The notes under the pieces: generated by a model
Told to the model about the DNA's origin: nothing
Database searches by the model: none
The model's input: only the letters and a program-made list of their open reading frames with translations
DNA from: Desulfuromonadales bacterium
GTDB taxonomy: Bacteria > Desulfobacterota > Desulfuromonadia > Desulfuromonadales > SZUA-540
Direction of reading: 5' to 3'
Assembly: GCA_033549025.1 (NCBI GenBank)
Contig: JAWSUS010000023.1
Location: 1 to 54,710, forward strand
DNA: 54,710 nt
Part shown: in pieces, positions 8,842-19,277 of the stretch
How positions within the stretch are numbered: position 1 is the stretch's first letter
Layout of the letters: every line of letters begins with the position of its first letter
Position numbers and translations under genes: made by a program

Positions 8842-10188
8842 ATGAAAACCATTCGTATACGCCGCGGCCTTGATATCCCTCTGGCCGGGGTTCCTGAACA
8901 GCGCCTGGATAACGGTGCCCCGGTTAAGCGCGTGGCCGTGCTCGGCCCTGACTATGCCGGGCTCAAACCGACCATGGCCGTGTCCGAGGGGGACCGGGTG
9001 CGCGCCGGCCAGACTCTCTTCACCGACAAGCGTTGTCCGGAGGTGTGTTTTACCGCGCCGGGCGCCGGTCGGGTGACGGCGATCCACCGTGGCCCCAAGC
9101 GGGTGCTGCTGGCCGTGGAGATCGCCCTGGAGGGTGACGCGGCGGAAACCTTCCCGAACTACCCGGAAGATCGCCTGTCGCAGCTCTCGCGCCAGCAGGT
9201 CGTCGACAACCTGCTGCAGTCGGGCCTGTGGACGGCTCTGCGCCGCCGTCCCTTCGACCGTGTGCCCGACCCGGCGGAAGTGCCCGCGGCCCTCTTTGTC
9301 ACCGCTATGGCCAGCGATCCCCTGGCCGCCGATCCGGCGGTGGTTCTCGGCGAGCAGCGCGACAATTTCAGCCACGGGCTGCGCGTACTCGGCCATTTGT
9401 GCGAGGGCCCACGCTACCTTTGCCATGCTCCGGGGATGGAGCTGCCGGAGGTAGGCCCTTTCGAGGCGGTCTCCTTTGCCGGACCCCATCCGGCCGGGCT
9501 GGTCGGCACGCACATCCACCACCTGCACCCGGTGACCGTCGATCGCCCCGTCTGGCACATCGGCTATCAGGATGTCATCGCCATCGGCCATCTCTTCGTT
9601 CGCGGTCAGCTGCGGCTGGAGCGGGTTATTGCCCTGGGGGGAGAAGGCGTGCGCAAGCCACGGCTGCTGCGTACCCGCCTGGGCGCTCATCTGGGCGACC
9701 TGCTGCGGGACGAGCTGGCCGAAGGGGCACAGCGGCTGCTGTCCGGATCGCCCCTGAGCGGGCAGAGGGCCCAGGGGCCCCTCGCTTTTCTCGGGCGTTA
9801 TCACCTGCAGGCCTGCGCTCTGCCCGAGGCGGTGGACACGACGGTGTCGCTGAGCTGGCTGCGGCCGGGGTTCGGTTCCTGGTCGGTACGCAAGCTCTTC
9901 GCCGGGGCGCTGGCCCGCCGCCGGCCGCACAGTTTCACTACGGCCCGGGGGGGCTATGCGCGGGCGATTTACCCCATCGGCACCTACGAGCAGGTTCTGC
10001 CCCTGGACGTTTCCGCCACCTATTTGCTGCGCGCGCTGGCGGCGGGGGACAGCGAAGACGCCCGGGCCCTGGGCTGCCTCGACCTGGCCGAGGAGGATCT
10101 GGCCCTGTGCAGCTTTGTCTGTCCGGGGAAAAACGATTTCGGGCCGCTGCTGCGGAACGTTCTTGACGACATCGAGAAGGAGGGATGA
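8842..10188 (+). CDS. nqrA: Na+-translocating NADH:quinone reductase subunit A
   Basis: RRGLDIP, GLKPTMAV, GPHPAGLVGTHIH, GCLDLAEEDLALCSFVCPGK. Confidence 0.95.
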   Translation: MKTIRIRRGLDIPLAGVPEQRLDNGAPVKRVAVLGPDYAGLKPTMAVSEGDRVRAGQTLFTDKRCPEVCFTAPGAGRVTAIHRGPKRVLLAVEIALEGDAAETFPNYPEDRLSQLSRQQVVDNLLQSGLWTALRRRPFDRVPDPAEVPAALFVTAMASDPLAADPAVVLGEQRDNFSHGLRVLGHLCEGPRYLCHAPGMELPEVGPFEAVSFAGPHPAGLVGTHIHHLHPVTVDRPVWHIGYQDVIAIGHLFVRGQLRLERVIALGGEGVRKPRLLRTRLGAHLGDLLRDELAEGAQRLLSGSPLSGQRAQGPLAFLGRYHLQACALPEAVDTTVSLSWLRPGFGSWSVRKLFAGALARRRPHSFTTARGGYARAIYPIGTYEQVLPLDVSATYLLRALAAGDSEDARALGCLDLAEEDLALCSFVCPGKNDFGPLLRNVLDDIEKEG

Positions 10189-11345
10189 TGGCCGCGGATC
10201 GGCTTGCTCCCATCAAGCGCGCCCTGGCTGGCGTCTGGCGCACCAACCCAGGAACGACGGCGGCCGCGCCCCATGTGCGCGACGCCCTGAACCTTAAGCG
10301 CATTCTGCTGGCGGTGGTCATCGCTCTGCTGCCCTGCGCCTTCTTTGGCATGTGGAACAGCGGCTATCAGATGCACCGGGCCATGCAGGCCGAAGGTCTC
10401 GCCCGTCTGGAAGGCTGGCGGCAGGGGGTCTTTTCCCTCTTCGGCATCGGCCACGATGCCGCCTACCTGGGGGACAACTTGCTGCTGGGGGCCCTCTACT
10501 TTCTGCCGCTGCTGCTGGTCTGCTGGTTGGCGGCCTTTTTCTGGGAGGCGCTCTTCGCCTCGGTGCGCGATCTGGAGATCAGCGAGGGCTGGGGTGTCAC
10601 CGGGCTGCTGCTGGCCTTGATCCTGCCGCCCGCAATTCCTCTGTGGCAGGCCGCTCTAGGGGTGAGCTTCGGCATCGTGCTGGGCAAGGAAATCTTTGGC
10701 GGCACGGGTCGCAATTTTATGAATCCGGCCCTGACGGCCTACGCGTTTCTCTACTTTGCCTATCCGGGCCAGTTTTCCGGCAACAACTCCTACGTGCCCG
10801 TCGACGGAGTGACGGCGGCCACGCCCCTGGCCATGGCCGCCGAAGGTGGTCTGGCCGAAGTGCAGCAGGGCTGGAGCTGGCTGCAGGCCTTTATCGGCAC
10901 CATCCCGGGGGCTCCTGGCGAGACCTCGGCCCTGGCCTGTCTGGTTGGCGCCGCCATTCTGCTTTTTGCCGGCGTCGCTTCCTGGCGCACCATGCTGGCG
11001 GTGCTGGTGGGGGCCGTCGGTCTTTCGTCGCTCCTCTACGCCGTCGGCAGCGAAGGCAATCTGCTCTTTTCCGTGCCGCCTCACTGGCATCTGGTGCTGG
11101 GTAGCCTGGCCTTCGGTCTGGTCTTCATGGCCACTGACCCGGTCTCTTCGGCAATGACCGATACCGGCAAGTGGTGTTACGGCCTGCTGGTCGGCGGTAT
11201 GCTCATCCTCATTCGTGTACTTAACCCGGCTTTTCCGGAAGGAACCATGCTCGCAATTCTGTTCGGCAACGTGCTTGCCCCGCTGATCGACCGCTTCGTG
11301 CTCAAGGCCCAGATGCGGCGCCGGAGGGAACGCTATGGCCAATGA
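10185..11345 (+). CDS. nqrB: Na+-NQR subunit B
   Basis: HVRDALNLKR, KEIFGGTGRNFMNPAL, FMN site TAATPL, FMATDPVS. Confidence 0.95.
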   Translation: MMAADRLAPIKRALAGVWRTNPGTTAAAPHVRDALNLKRILLAVVIALLPCAFFGMWNSGYQMHRAMQAEGLARLEGWRQGVFSLFGIGHDAAYLGDNLLLGALYFLPLLLVCWLAAFFWEALFASVRDLEISEGWGVTGLLLALILPPAIPLWQAALGVSFGIVLGKEIFGGTGRNFMNPALTAYAFLYFAYPGQFSGNNSYVPVDGVTAATPLAMAAEGGLAEVQQGWSWLQAFIGTIPGAPGETSALACLVGAAILLFAGVASWRTMLAVLVGAVGLSSLLYAVGSEGNLLFSVPPHWHLVLGSLAFGLVFMATDPVSSAMTDTGKWCYGLLVGGMLILIRVLNPAFPEGTMLAILFGNVLAPLIDRFVLKAQMRRRRERYGQ

Positions 11346-12114
11346 TACCGTCGGCCGCACCTTTCTGGTCGCTTTTCTCGTCTGTTTCGTCTGCTCTCTG
11401 CTGGTCTCCGGCACCACCGCCGGGCTGCGGGCCAAGAAGGAGCGGGACGCCCTCGTCCGGCATTATCGCGATGTCCTCGCCGTTACCGGCCTGCTGGCTT
11501 CGACGGACGATGTCTATGCTTTCTGGAAGGACAACGTGGTGCCGCGCCTGGTCGAACTGGAGACGGGGAGCTACAGCGCCGCCTTCGAGCCGGAAGCCTT
11601 CAACCAGCAGCGGGCGGCGGGTGATCCGTCCCTGAACCGGACCATCCCGTCAGACCTGGACATTGCCGGCCTGCGCACCCGTTCGCGCTTCGCCCCGGTC
11701 TACCTGATCCGGCAGGAAGGCGAGATCCGCCAGGTGGTGCTGCCGGTGCACGGCAAGGGGCTGTGGTCGACCCTGTACGGCTATCTGGCGCTAAAACCCG
11801 ACCTGCGTACCGTCGCCGGCTTCGGGTTCTACGAGCATGGCGAGACCCCCGGCCTGGGCGGCGAAGTGGATAATCCCCAATGGCTGGCCCAGTGGCCCGG
11901 CAAGGAGGTCTTCAATGACCAAGGGGAGGTGGCCATCGAGGTGCTGCGGGGGCAGGTGGATGAGGATTCCGCCAAGGCCCGCTATCAGGTCGATGGCATC
12001 TCCGGGGCCACCATGACGATCAGGGGGGTTACCAACCTGCTGCGCTACTGGCTGGGTGCCGACGGTTTCGGCCCCTATCTTGAACGTTTGCGTCAGGAGG
12101 GTTTCAATGACTAA
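11335..12114 (+). CDS. nqrC: Na+-NQR subunit C
   Basis: [19 protein letters not shown] site VDGISGAT. Confidence 0.95.
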   Translation: MANDTVGRTFLVAFLVCFVCSLLVSGTTAGLRAKKERDALVRHYRDVLAVTGLLASTDDVYAFWKDNVVPRLVELETGSYSAAFEPEAFNQQRAAGDPSLNRTIPSDLDIAGLRTRSRFAPVYLIRQEGEIRQVVLPVHGKGLWSTLYGYLALKPDLRTVAGFGFYEHGETPGLGGEVDNPQWLAQWPGKEVFNDQGEVAIEVLRGQVDEDSAKARYQVDGISGATMTIRGVTNLLRYWLGADGFGPYLERLRQEGFND

Positions 12115-12727
12115 GGTGGTCAAGACCCTGTTCGGGCCGATTTTCGACAACAATCCCATCGCCCTGCAGATTCTCGGCATCTGTTCGGCCCTGGCGGTGA
12201 CGACCCGTCTGGAGACGGCCCTGGTCATGTCCCTGGCGGTCACCGCCGTTGTCGCCTTCTCCAGCGCCTCCGTCAGCCTCATCCGCCGGCAGATTCCCGA
12301 TAGCATTCGCCTTATCGTGCAGATGACCATCATCGCTTCGCTGGTTATCGTGGTCGATCAGGTGCTGCAGGCCTTTCTCCCCGACATCAGCAAGCAGCTC
12401 TCGGTCTTTGTCGGCCTCATCATCACCAACTGCATCGTGCTGGGCCGCGCCGAGGCTTTTGCCATGAAGAACTCCGTCGGCATGAGTTTCCTTGATGGTA
12501 TCGGCAACGGTCTGGGCTACAGCCTGGTCCTGCTGCTGGTGGCCTTTCTCCGTGAACTCTTCGGCTCGGGTTCTCTGTTCGGGGTGCAGGTCTTCGGATT
12601 GGCCCAGTCGGGCGGCTGGTACGTGACGAACGGGCTGATGCTGCTGCCGCCGAGCGCCTTCTTTATCATCGGCCTGCTCATCTGGGCGCTGCGCACCTGG
12701 AAGAAAGATCAGGTGGAGGAAGAGTGA
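12107..12727 (+). CDS. nqrD: Na+-NQR subunit D
   Basis: [35 protein letters not shown]. Confidence 0.95.
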   Translation: MTKVVKTLFGPIFDNNPIALQILGICSALAVTTRLETALVMSLAVTAVVAFSSASVSLIRRQIPDSIRLIVQMTIIASLVIVVDQVLQAFLPDISKQLSVFVGLIITNCIVLGRAEAFAMKNSVGMSFLDGIGNGLGYSLVLLLVAFLRELFGSGSLFGVQVFGLAQSGGWYVTNGLMLLPPSAFFIIGLLIWALRTWKKDQVEEE

Positions 12728-13335
12728 TGGAGCACTATCTCAACATATTCATCCGGGCGGTCTTCATTGAGAACATGGCCCTGGCCTTCTTTCTCGGCAT
12801 GTGCACCTTTCTGGCCGTCTCCAAGAAGGTCGACACCGCCCTGGGGTTGGGCCTGGCCGTGGTCGTGGTGCAGACCCTGACCGTACCCATCAACAACCTC
12901 ATCTACCGCTACCTCCTGCGGGAAGGAGGGCTGTCCTGGGCCGGCCTCGATAACGTCGACCTGACCTTTCTCGGGCTGATCTGCTACATCGGCGTCATCG
13001 CCGCCATCGTGCAGATTCTGGAGATGGTGCTAGACAAATACGTACCGCGACTCTACGCCGCCCTGGGCATCTTTCTGCCGCTGATTACCGTTAACTGCAT
13101 GATTCTCGGCGGCTCCCTTTTCATGGTCGAGCGCAGCTACAGCTTCAGTGAAAGCATCGTCTTCGGTCTGGGCAGCGGCACGGGCTGGGCCCTGGCCATC
13201 ACCGCCCTGGCCGGCATCCGCACGCGGCTGAACTACAGCAACATCCCGGCCGGCCTGCGCGGCCTCGGCATCACCTTTATCGTGGTCGGACTCATGTCCC
13301 TGGCCTTCATGGCCTTTTCGGGGATCCAATTATAA
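12727..13335 (+). CDS. nqrE: Na+-NQR subunit E
   Basis: [49 protein letters not shown]. Confidence 0.95.
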   Translation: MEHYLNIFIRAVFIENMALAFFLGMCTFLAVSKKVDTALGLGLAVVVVQTLTVPINNLIYRYLLREGGLSWAGLDNVDLTFLGLICYIGVIAAIVQILEMVLDKYVPRLYAALGIFLPLITVNCMILGGSLFMVERSYSFSESIVFGLGSGTGWALAITALAGIRTRLNYSNIPAGLRGLGITFIVVGLMSLAFMAFSGIQL

Positions 13336-13349
13336 CAACGGATTTTTCC

Positions 13350-14576
13350 ATGCTTGAAGTCGTACTCGGCGTCTCTCTTTTTACCGGCATCATCCTGCTT
13401 CTCGTCGCTCTGATCGTGACGGCGCGCTATTTTCTCGTGCCGCGCGGCAAGGTCAAAATCGTCATCAACGAGGATGAGGAGAAGTCTCTCAAGGTCAGCC
13501 CCGGCGGCAAGCTGCTGCAGACCCTCGGCTCGCAGGGGATTTACATCCCTTCGGCCTGCGGGGGCGGCGGCTCCTGCGGTCAGTGTCTGGTCCGGGTGGA
13601 GGAGGGCGGCGGCGCCATTCTGCCCACGGAGACGGGGCACATCAACCGCCGCGAGGCCCGGGAGGGGATGCGGCTGGCCTGCCAGGTCAGCGTCAAGCAG
13701 GATCTGAAAATCGAACTGCCGCCGGAAATCTTCTCCATTCGCAAATGGCAGTGCACGGTGCGCTCCAACCGCAACGTGGCCAGCTTCATCAAGGAGCTGG
13801 TGCTCAAACTGCCGGAAGGCGAAGCGGTCGATTTTCGGGCCGGCGGCTACATTCAGATCGAGGCGCCGCCCCACGAAGTCCATTACAGGGATTTCGACAT
13901 CGAGGAGCGTTTTCGCGGCGACTGGGATCGCTTCGACCTCTGGCAGTACAAGTCGGTGGTGAAGGAGCCGGTGGAGCGGGCCTACTCCATGGCCAACTAT
14001 CCCGGAGAGCCGGGGATCATCATGCTCAACGTGCGCGTGGCGACGCCGCCCCCGCGCCACCCCGACGTGCCGCCCGGCAAGATGTCCTCGTACATTTTCA
14101 ATCTCAAGCCGGGCGATCAGGTGACGATCAGCGGCCCCTACGGCGATTTCTACGCCCGCGACACCGAGGCGGAGATGATCTTCCTCGGCGGCGGCGCCGG
14201 CATGGCTCCGTTGCGCTCCATCATTTTCGACCAGCTGCTGCGGGTGAAGAGCAAGCGCAAGATCTCCTTCTGGTACGGGGCGCGCAGCCTCAAGGAGCTC
14301 TTTTACGACGAGGACTTCAAGAAACTGGCGGCCGAGTATGACAACTTCAGCTGGCATGTCGCTCTGTCCGACCCCCAGCCCGAGGACAACTGGGAGGGCC
14401 CAACGGGCTTTATCCACGAGGTGCTTTACGAGCGCTACCTCAAGGACCACCCGGCCCCGGAAGACTGCGAATACTATCTGTGCGGGCCCCCCATGCTGCT
14501 GGTGGCCGCCCGGGAGATGATGGAAAACCTCGGCGTCGAGCCGGAAAGCGTCTTTTACGACGACTTCGGGATGTAG
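13350..14576 (+). CDS. nqrF: Na+-NQR subunit F
   Basis: 2Fe-2S motif [10 protein letters not shown]...[33 protein letters not shown] end. Confidence 0.96.
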   Translation: MLEVVLGVSLFTGIILLLVALIVTARYFLVPRGKVKIVINEDEEKSLKVSPGGKLLQTLGSQGIYIPSACGGGGSCGQCLVRVEEGGGAILPTETGHINRREAREGMRLACQVSVKQDLKIELPPEIFSIRKWQCTVRSNRNVASFIKELVLKLPEGEAVDFRAGGYIQIEAPPHEVHYRDFDIEERFRGDWDRFDLWQYKSVVKEPVERAYSMANYPGEPGIIMLNVRVATPPPRHPDVPPGKMSSYIFNLKPGDQVTISGPYGDFYARDTEAEMIFLGGGAGMAPLRSIIFDQLLRVKSKRKISFWYGARSLKELFYDEDFKKLAAEYDNFSWHVALSDPQPEDNWEGPTGFIHEVLYERYLKDHPAPEDCEYYLCGPPMLLVAAREMMENLGVEPESVFYDDFGM

Positions 14577-14579
14577 GCC

Positions 14580-14777
14580 ATGACGACGTTTCTGACGGTT
14601 CTAGTGGCCTTCCTGTTCACCTTTGCCTGCCTCGGGATCGGTCTCCTCTTTCGGCGGCCGCCGCTGCGCCGCCGCTGCGGCGAGCCGTTGGACTGCCACT
14701 GTGCCGCCGAAGGGCGTCCGCCGGAAGAGTACTGCAATGGTGGGGACGGAGGCGGGCAGGATCGCTGTTCTCATTGA
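14580..14777 (+). CDS. nqrM: Na+-NQR maturation factor NqrM-like protein
   Basis: Single N-terminal TM helix followed by a Cys-rich tail (RCGEPLDCHC...C), directly after nqrF. Confidence 0.7.
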   Translation: MTTFLTVLVAFLFTFACLGIGLLFRRPPLRRRCGEPLDCHCAAEGRPPEEYCNGGDGGGQDRCSH

Positions 14778-14802
14778 CAGAGACACATCAGGAATTAGCA
14801 CG

Positions 14803-14835
14803 AAAAAAGGCGACCCCCACCGGGGCCGCCTTTCC
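14803..14835. terminator. Bidirectional terminator between the nqr operon and rhlE
   Basis: AAAAAAGGCG..CCC..GGG.CGCCTTT hairpin. Confidence 0.6.
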
Positions 14836-14854
14836 TATCTTCTTTATTTAAGCG

Positions 14855-16135
14855 TCAGCGGGTGACCGCCTTCACGCTTCCGGTGCTTTTCTGGCCACCC
14901 GGGCGACGGGGACGACCGTGGCCGTTGCCCTGTTTGCCGGCCGGGGCGGCCTTGGCTTTTTGCCGCTGGGGGCGGGGTGCCCGCGGGGCCTGGGGCTGTT
15001 TGGGCGGCGCTGGTTGGTCGTAGTCGAAGCCGGCGACTTTACGCCGTTCGACGGCGTTGCCGAGTACCTTCTCGATGGCGCGCACCATGGCCGTATCTTC
15101 GCCGGTCACCAGGGTGAAGGCGTCGCCGCTGCGGGCGGCACGACCGGTACGGCCGATACGGTGGATGTAGGTCTCGGGGGTGTCGGGGATGTCGTAGTTG
15201 ACCACATGGGAGACCTGGGAGACGTCGATGCCGCGGGCGGCGATATCCGTCGCCACCAGGATCTGGAAGCTGCCGTCCCGAAAGCCGTCGAGGGCGGCCT
15301 GGCGCCGGTTCTGCGACAGGTTCCCCTGCAGGGAGGCGGCTTTGTAGCCGGCCTTCTCCAGTTGCAGACCCAGCCTTTTGGCGCGGTGCTTGGTGCGGGT
15401 GAAGACCAGTACCGAGCCCGTGTCGGTATGCTGCAGTAGCTGCAGCAGCAGGTCGGTTTTAAGGTGCTGGGCCACCGGGTAGAGGGCGTGGCTGACGGTG
15501 GTTGCCGGCGACACCCGATCGACCTGCACGGTCAGCGGGTCGCGCAGCACTTCACTGGAGAGCTTGCGGATCTCCGCCGGCATGGTGGCCGAAAAGAGCA
15601 GGGTCTGCCGCTTTGCCGGGAGATGGGCGAGGATGCGGCGGATGTCGGGAAAAAAGCCCATGTCGAACATCTGGTCGGCTTCATCCAGCACGAGGACTTC
15701 GAGCCGCGAGAGGTCGATGGTGCCCTGCCGGATATGGTCAAGCAGGCGGCCAGGGCAGGCGACGACGATTTCGGCCCCGCGCTTGAGCTTCTGTATCTGC
15801 GGGTTGATGTTGACGCCGCCGTAGACGGTCAGGCTGCGCAGCCGGGTCTGTTCTCCCAGGTTGGTGATGGCGCCGTGAATCTGCTCGGCCAGCTCCCGGG
15901 TCGGGGCGATGATCAGGGCCCGCACCTGGCCGCGCGGACCGTCCATGAGCCGATTCAGAATCGGCAGGGCGAAGGCGGCGGTCTTGCCGGTGCCGGTCTG
16001 GGCCAGGCCCATGACGTCGCGGCCGGCCATGACGGGGGGAATCGCCTGCGTCTGGATGGGGGTCGGGGTGCTGTAGCCAGCGGCGCTTACGCCGGCGGCG
16101 ACCTGCGGGTGTAATTGAAACGAGTGAAACGACAT
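14855..16135 (-). CDS. rhlE: DEAD-box ATP-dependent RNA helicase (RhlE-like)
   Basis: AQTGTGKT, PTRELA, DEAD, SAT, HRIGRTGR; basic C-terminal tail. Confidence 0.92.
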   Translation of the reverse strand: MSFHSFQLHPQVAAGVSAAGYSTPTPIQTQAIPPVMAGRDVMGLAQTGTGKTAAFALPILNRLMDGPRGQVRALIIAPTRELAEQIHGAITNLGEQTRLRSLTVYGGVNINPQIQKLKRGAEIVVACPGRLLDHIRQGTIDLSRLEVLVLDEADQMFDMGFFPDIRRILAHLPAKRQTLLFSATMPAEIRKLSSEVLRDPLTVQVDRVSPATTVSHALYPVAQHLKTDLLLQLLQHTDTGSVLVFTRTKHRAKRLGLQLEKAGYKAASLQGNLSQNRRQAALDGFRDGSFQILVATDIAARGIDVSQVSHVVNYDIPDTPETYIHRIGRTGRAARSGDAFTLVTGEDTAMVRAIEKVLGNAVERRKVAGFDYDQPAPPKQPQAPRAPRPQRQKAKAAPAGKQGNGHGRPRRPGGQKSTGSVKAVTR

Positions 16136-16160
16136 GCTCTTCTTCTTTCCGCGTTCCTAC

Positions 16161-16189
16161 AAAAAAAGCCCCGGAGGGATTCCGGGGCT
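16161..16189 (-). terminator. Intrinsic terminator in the rhlE 5' leader
   Basis: Minus strand AGCCCCGGA-ATCCC-TCCGGGGC-TTTTTTT, about 25 nt upstream of the ATG. Confidence 0.7.
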
Positions 16190-16245
16190 CACGATGACTT
16201 TATTGTGACTTCGTATGTTTCCTGGAACGACTATCTAGTTTCGTG

Positions 16246-16275
16246 ACCCTAACAGCATCGGGGGAGCGCTGTCAA
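16246..16275 (-). promoter_or_regulatory. Sigma70-type promoter for rhlE
   Basis: TTGACA-N18-TAGGGT with extended TGn. Confidence 0.5.
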
Positions 16276-16353
16276 GGGAAATCCCGGTTGCCTTTCGGCG
16301 CCGCGGCAGGTATGGTGGCCCCTGCTCTGCTCCCCCCTTCGCAAGGACGAATC

Positions 16354-17058
16354 ATGGCGCAACCCTGGAAGACTTTGGAATGTATCGAAACCGACGAGGG
16401 CGTGCTCGAACTGCGCCAGCGCGGCGACAAGGATTTTCTCATCCTCGTCGGCGGCCTGGTGCTCATGAACAGCCTCTCCAACCGCTCCGAGATTGTCCTG
16501 GGGCAACTCGGCTGCCGTCACCTCAAGGACCATGCCGCCCCGCGGGTGCTGGTCGGCGGCCTCGGCATGGGCTACACGCTCAGGGCCGTGCTGGACTGCC
16601 TGCCCGCCACGGCGCAGGTGGTGGTGGCCGAACTCAATCCCATCGTCGTGCAATGGTGTCGGGGCCCCCTGGCTTGTCTTACCGACAACGCGGTGAACGA
16701 TCCCCGCGTCACCATCGAAATCGGCGATGTGGCCGAGTATGTGCGCCGCACGGCCCGGGACGCCGACGGTAACCGCTTCGATGCGGTCGTCTTTGACCTC
16801 TACAAGGGGCCGCATCCCAAGACCGACCGCACCCACGACCCACTCTACGGCAGCCGGGCCATCGCCAATGTCCATGCCATCCTGCAGCCGCAAGGGCTCT
16901 TTACCGTCTGGGGAGAGAACTACGACGAAGGCTTCGACAGGCGCCTGCAGGCCGCCGGCTTTGCCACCAGCAGCCAGCGCCCGGGACGCGGCGGTTACCG
17001 CCACGTCGTTTTCGTCGCCAGGAAAAAGGTACGCCGGGCGACGGCGGCGAAGAGGTAG
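16354..17058 (+). CDS. Spermidine-synthase-like SAM-dependent methyltransferase-fold protein
   Basis: VLVGGLGMG, VVVAEL, IGDV, FDAVVFD. Confidence 0.8.
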   Translation: MAQPWKTLECIETDEGVLELRQRGDKDFLILVGGLVLMNSLSNRSEIVLGQLGCRHLKDHAAPRVLVGGLGMGYTLRAVLDCLPATAQVVVAELNPIVVQWCRGPLACLTDNAVNDPRVTIEIGDVAEYVRRTARDADGNRFDAVVFDLYKGPHPKTDRTHDPLYGSRAIANVHAILQPQGLFTVWGENYDEGFDRRLQAAGFATSSQRPGRGGYRHVVFVARKKVRRATAAKR

Positions 17059-17064
17059 AAAAGC

Positions 17065-17568
17065 ATGCTGTTACACTGCACACGCAAGCTGGCGGCTAAA
17101 ATGCCGGCGATTTCCTCCGCACCTCTGGTCGAAAAGAGCCCTCTCGGCAGCTGGCACGCCAACCTCGTGCAGGTCAAGCGTCGACAGTGTGTCCTTTTCT
17201 GCCATGACGTGACGCGTTACATGCTCTTTGTGCCCGGTCTGAAGAAACCCCATTTCGAGGATCTTGGCCGGGTATTCAGGGATGTTTTTCTCATGAGCCT
17301 GGTCTCCCATGGCGTGACCGATGCGAAGATCATGCGGGTGAGTCTGGCGCTGGGGCCGCCGGCCTTCGATGGCAACACCAACCGCTCGGTTCTGGGGGCG
17401 ATGAATATCGCCATGCAGGATCTGGAAGGTTATCTGGTCACCTGCCAGGACCTGCTGGAGATCGACCTGGCCGGCGCCGCCCTTTATCTCAACGAACGGC
17501 CCACTTCGGTGCAGGGAAACTGGATCTGGCCCACGCAGGAGATGCTGGACCGGGTGGCCGCTCTTTAA
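17065..17568 (+). CDS. Hypothetical protein (DUF6933-like)
   Basis: MLLHCTRKL, PLGSWHAN, TNRSVLGAMN, LNERP motifs. Confidence 0.65.
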   Translation: MLLHCTRKLAAKMPAISSAPLVEKSPLGSWHANLVQVKRRQCVLFCHDVTRYMLFVPGLKKPHFEDLGRVFRDVFLMSLVSHGVTDAKIMRVSLALGPPAFDGNTNRSVLGAMNIAMQDLEGYLVTCQDLLEIDLAGAALYLNERPTSVQGNWIWPTQEMLDRVAAL

Positions 17569-17595
17569 CCCTATCTTTATGGAAGAGGGATAACC

Positions 17596-18414
17596 ATGAA
17601 GCTGGTCTCTTTCAACGTCAACGGGCTGCGCTCGCGTCTGCATCAGCTTGAAGCGCTGGTCAAGAAGCACGATCCCGATATCATCGGCCTGCAGGAAACC
17701 AAGGTGCAGGATGGGGATTTTCCGCTGGCGGCCATCGAGGCGCTCGGTTACCAGGCCGCATTTCACGGCCAGAAGACCCACTACGGTGTGGCCCTGCTGT
17801 CAAAGATCGCGCCCATCAAGGTGCAGCTCGGTTTTCCGGAGGATGGCGACGAGGCGCAGAAACGCTTTATCAGCGGCTGGTTCGCCCGGCCGGATGGGCA
17901 GACCCTGCAGGTCATCAACGGCTACTTTCCGCAGGGAGAGAGCCGCGACCACCCGGTGAAGTTTCCGGCCAAAGAGCGCTTTTACGCCGACCTGCAACAG
18001 TATCTGCAGTCGGCCTGCGACCCGGCGGCGCCGCTGGCCGTCATGGGGGATTTCAATATCGCCCCCGTCGATTTCGATATCGGCATCGGCGAAGACAACG
18101 CCAAGCGCTGGCTGCGCACCGGCAAGACCAGCTTTCTGCCGGAAGAGCGGGCCTGGTTTAAACGCCTGCAGGACTGGGGGCTGTACGACAGTTTCCGTGA
18201 GCAGCATGTCGATACCGCCGATCGCTTCAGCTGGTTCGACTACCGCAGCCGCGGCTTCGAGGCGGAGCCGAAGCGCGGCCTGCGCATCGACCATATCCTG
18301 CTGACGGCGCCGCTGATGGAGCGCTGTCGGCACAGCGGCATCGACTACGAGATCCGGGGTATGGAAAAACCCTCGGATCATTGCCCGGTGTGGGTCGAAT
18401 GCGCGCTCGGCTGA
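17596..18414 (+). CDS. xthA: Exodeoxyribonuclease III
   Basis: [40 protein letters not shown]. Confidence 0.95.
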   Translation: MKLVSFNVNGLRSRLHQLEALVKKHDPDIIGLQETKVQDGDFPLAAIEALGYQAAFHGQKTHYGVALLSKIAPIKVQLGFPEDGDEAQKRFISGWFARPDGQTLQVINGYFPQGESRDHPVKFPAKERFYADLQQYLQSACDPAAPLAVMGDFNIAPVDFDIGIGEDNAKRWLRTGKTSFLPEERAWFKRLQDWGLYDSFREQHVDTADRFSWFDYRSRGFEAEPKRGLRIDHILLTAPLMERCRHSGIDYEIRGMEKPSDHCPVWVECALG

Positions 18415-19253
18415 GGAGGGGCGGGCTCGCTCTGCTGGCGGCGCTGCTGCTATCCCTGCTGCCGCTGACCGCCGGTGCCGGCACAGAATTCATGCAGGCG
18501 CAGGTCGACAGCGGGCAGGTCGATGTGAGCGGCTGGCTGATGAGTGAAAAGCTCGACGGCGTGCGGGCCCACTGGGATGGCCAGACCCTGTGCTCCAAAA
18601 ACGGCTATCGCCTGACGCCACCCGCCGACTTTCTGCTCGGCTGGCCTCCCTTTGCCCTGGAGGGGGAACTCTGGGGCGGCCGAGGCTCCTTTGTCGAGAC
18701 GGCAGCGACAGTTCAGAGGGCGCAGGATGACGCCGGCTGGCGGCAGCTGCGCTTCGCCATTTTCGATGTTCCCGACGGCGGTGGCTCCTTTGTCGAGCGC
18801 CTGCAGCGGGCCCAGCAGTGGTTTGCGAAGCATCCGGCGCCCCACGCCTTTGTCATCCCCCAAGTTCCCGTGCGGGACCGCGAGCACTTGCGCCAGGAAC
18901 TGGCCCGGGTGGAAGCGGCCGGTGGCGAGGGTCTGATGGTGCGCCGCCCCGAAGCGCCTTACACCAGCGGACGCAGTGCCGACCTTCTCAAGGTGAAGAG
19001 CTGGCAGGATGCCGAAGCCGTGGTCGTCGCCCATCTGCCGGGCAAGGGCCGCCACCGTGGCCGGCTGGGGGCGCTGCTGGTCGAAAGGCCGGACGGCATC
19101 CGCTTTCGCCTCGGCACAGGCTTTACCGACGCCGAACGCGAGGAGCCCCCGCCGCTCGGCTCGTTGATAACCTATAAATTTCAGGGATTCTTTCCATCAG
19201 GCCTCCCGCGTTTCCCCTCCTACCTGCGCCTGCGCCAGGATGGGAATCTGTAG
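18399..19253 (+). CDS. Minimal ATP-dependent DNA ligase with signal peptide (LigE type)
   Basis: Signal peptide [27 protein letters not shown]; motif I SEKLDG; LEGELW; GEGLMVR; LLKVK; GTGFTD; PRFP. Confidence 0.9.
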   Translation: MRARLRRGGLALLAALLLSLLPLTAGAGTEFMQAQVDSGQVDVSGWLMSEKLDGVRAHWDGQTLCSKNGYRLTPPADFLLGWPPFALEGELWGGRGSFVETAATVQRAQDDAGWRQLRFAIFDVPDGGGSFVERLQRAQQWFAKHPAPHAFVIPQVPVRDREHLRQELARVEAAGGEGLMVRRPEAPYTSGRSADLLKVKSWQDAEAVVVAHLPGKGRHRGRLGALLVERPDGIRFRLGTGFTDAEREEPPPLGSLITYKFQGFFPSGLPRFPSYLRLRQDGNL

Positions 19254-19277
19254 GCGGGACTTTCTCGTGAGGTGACC

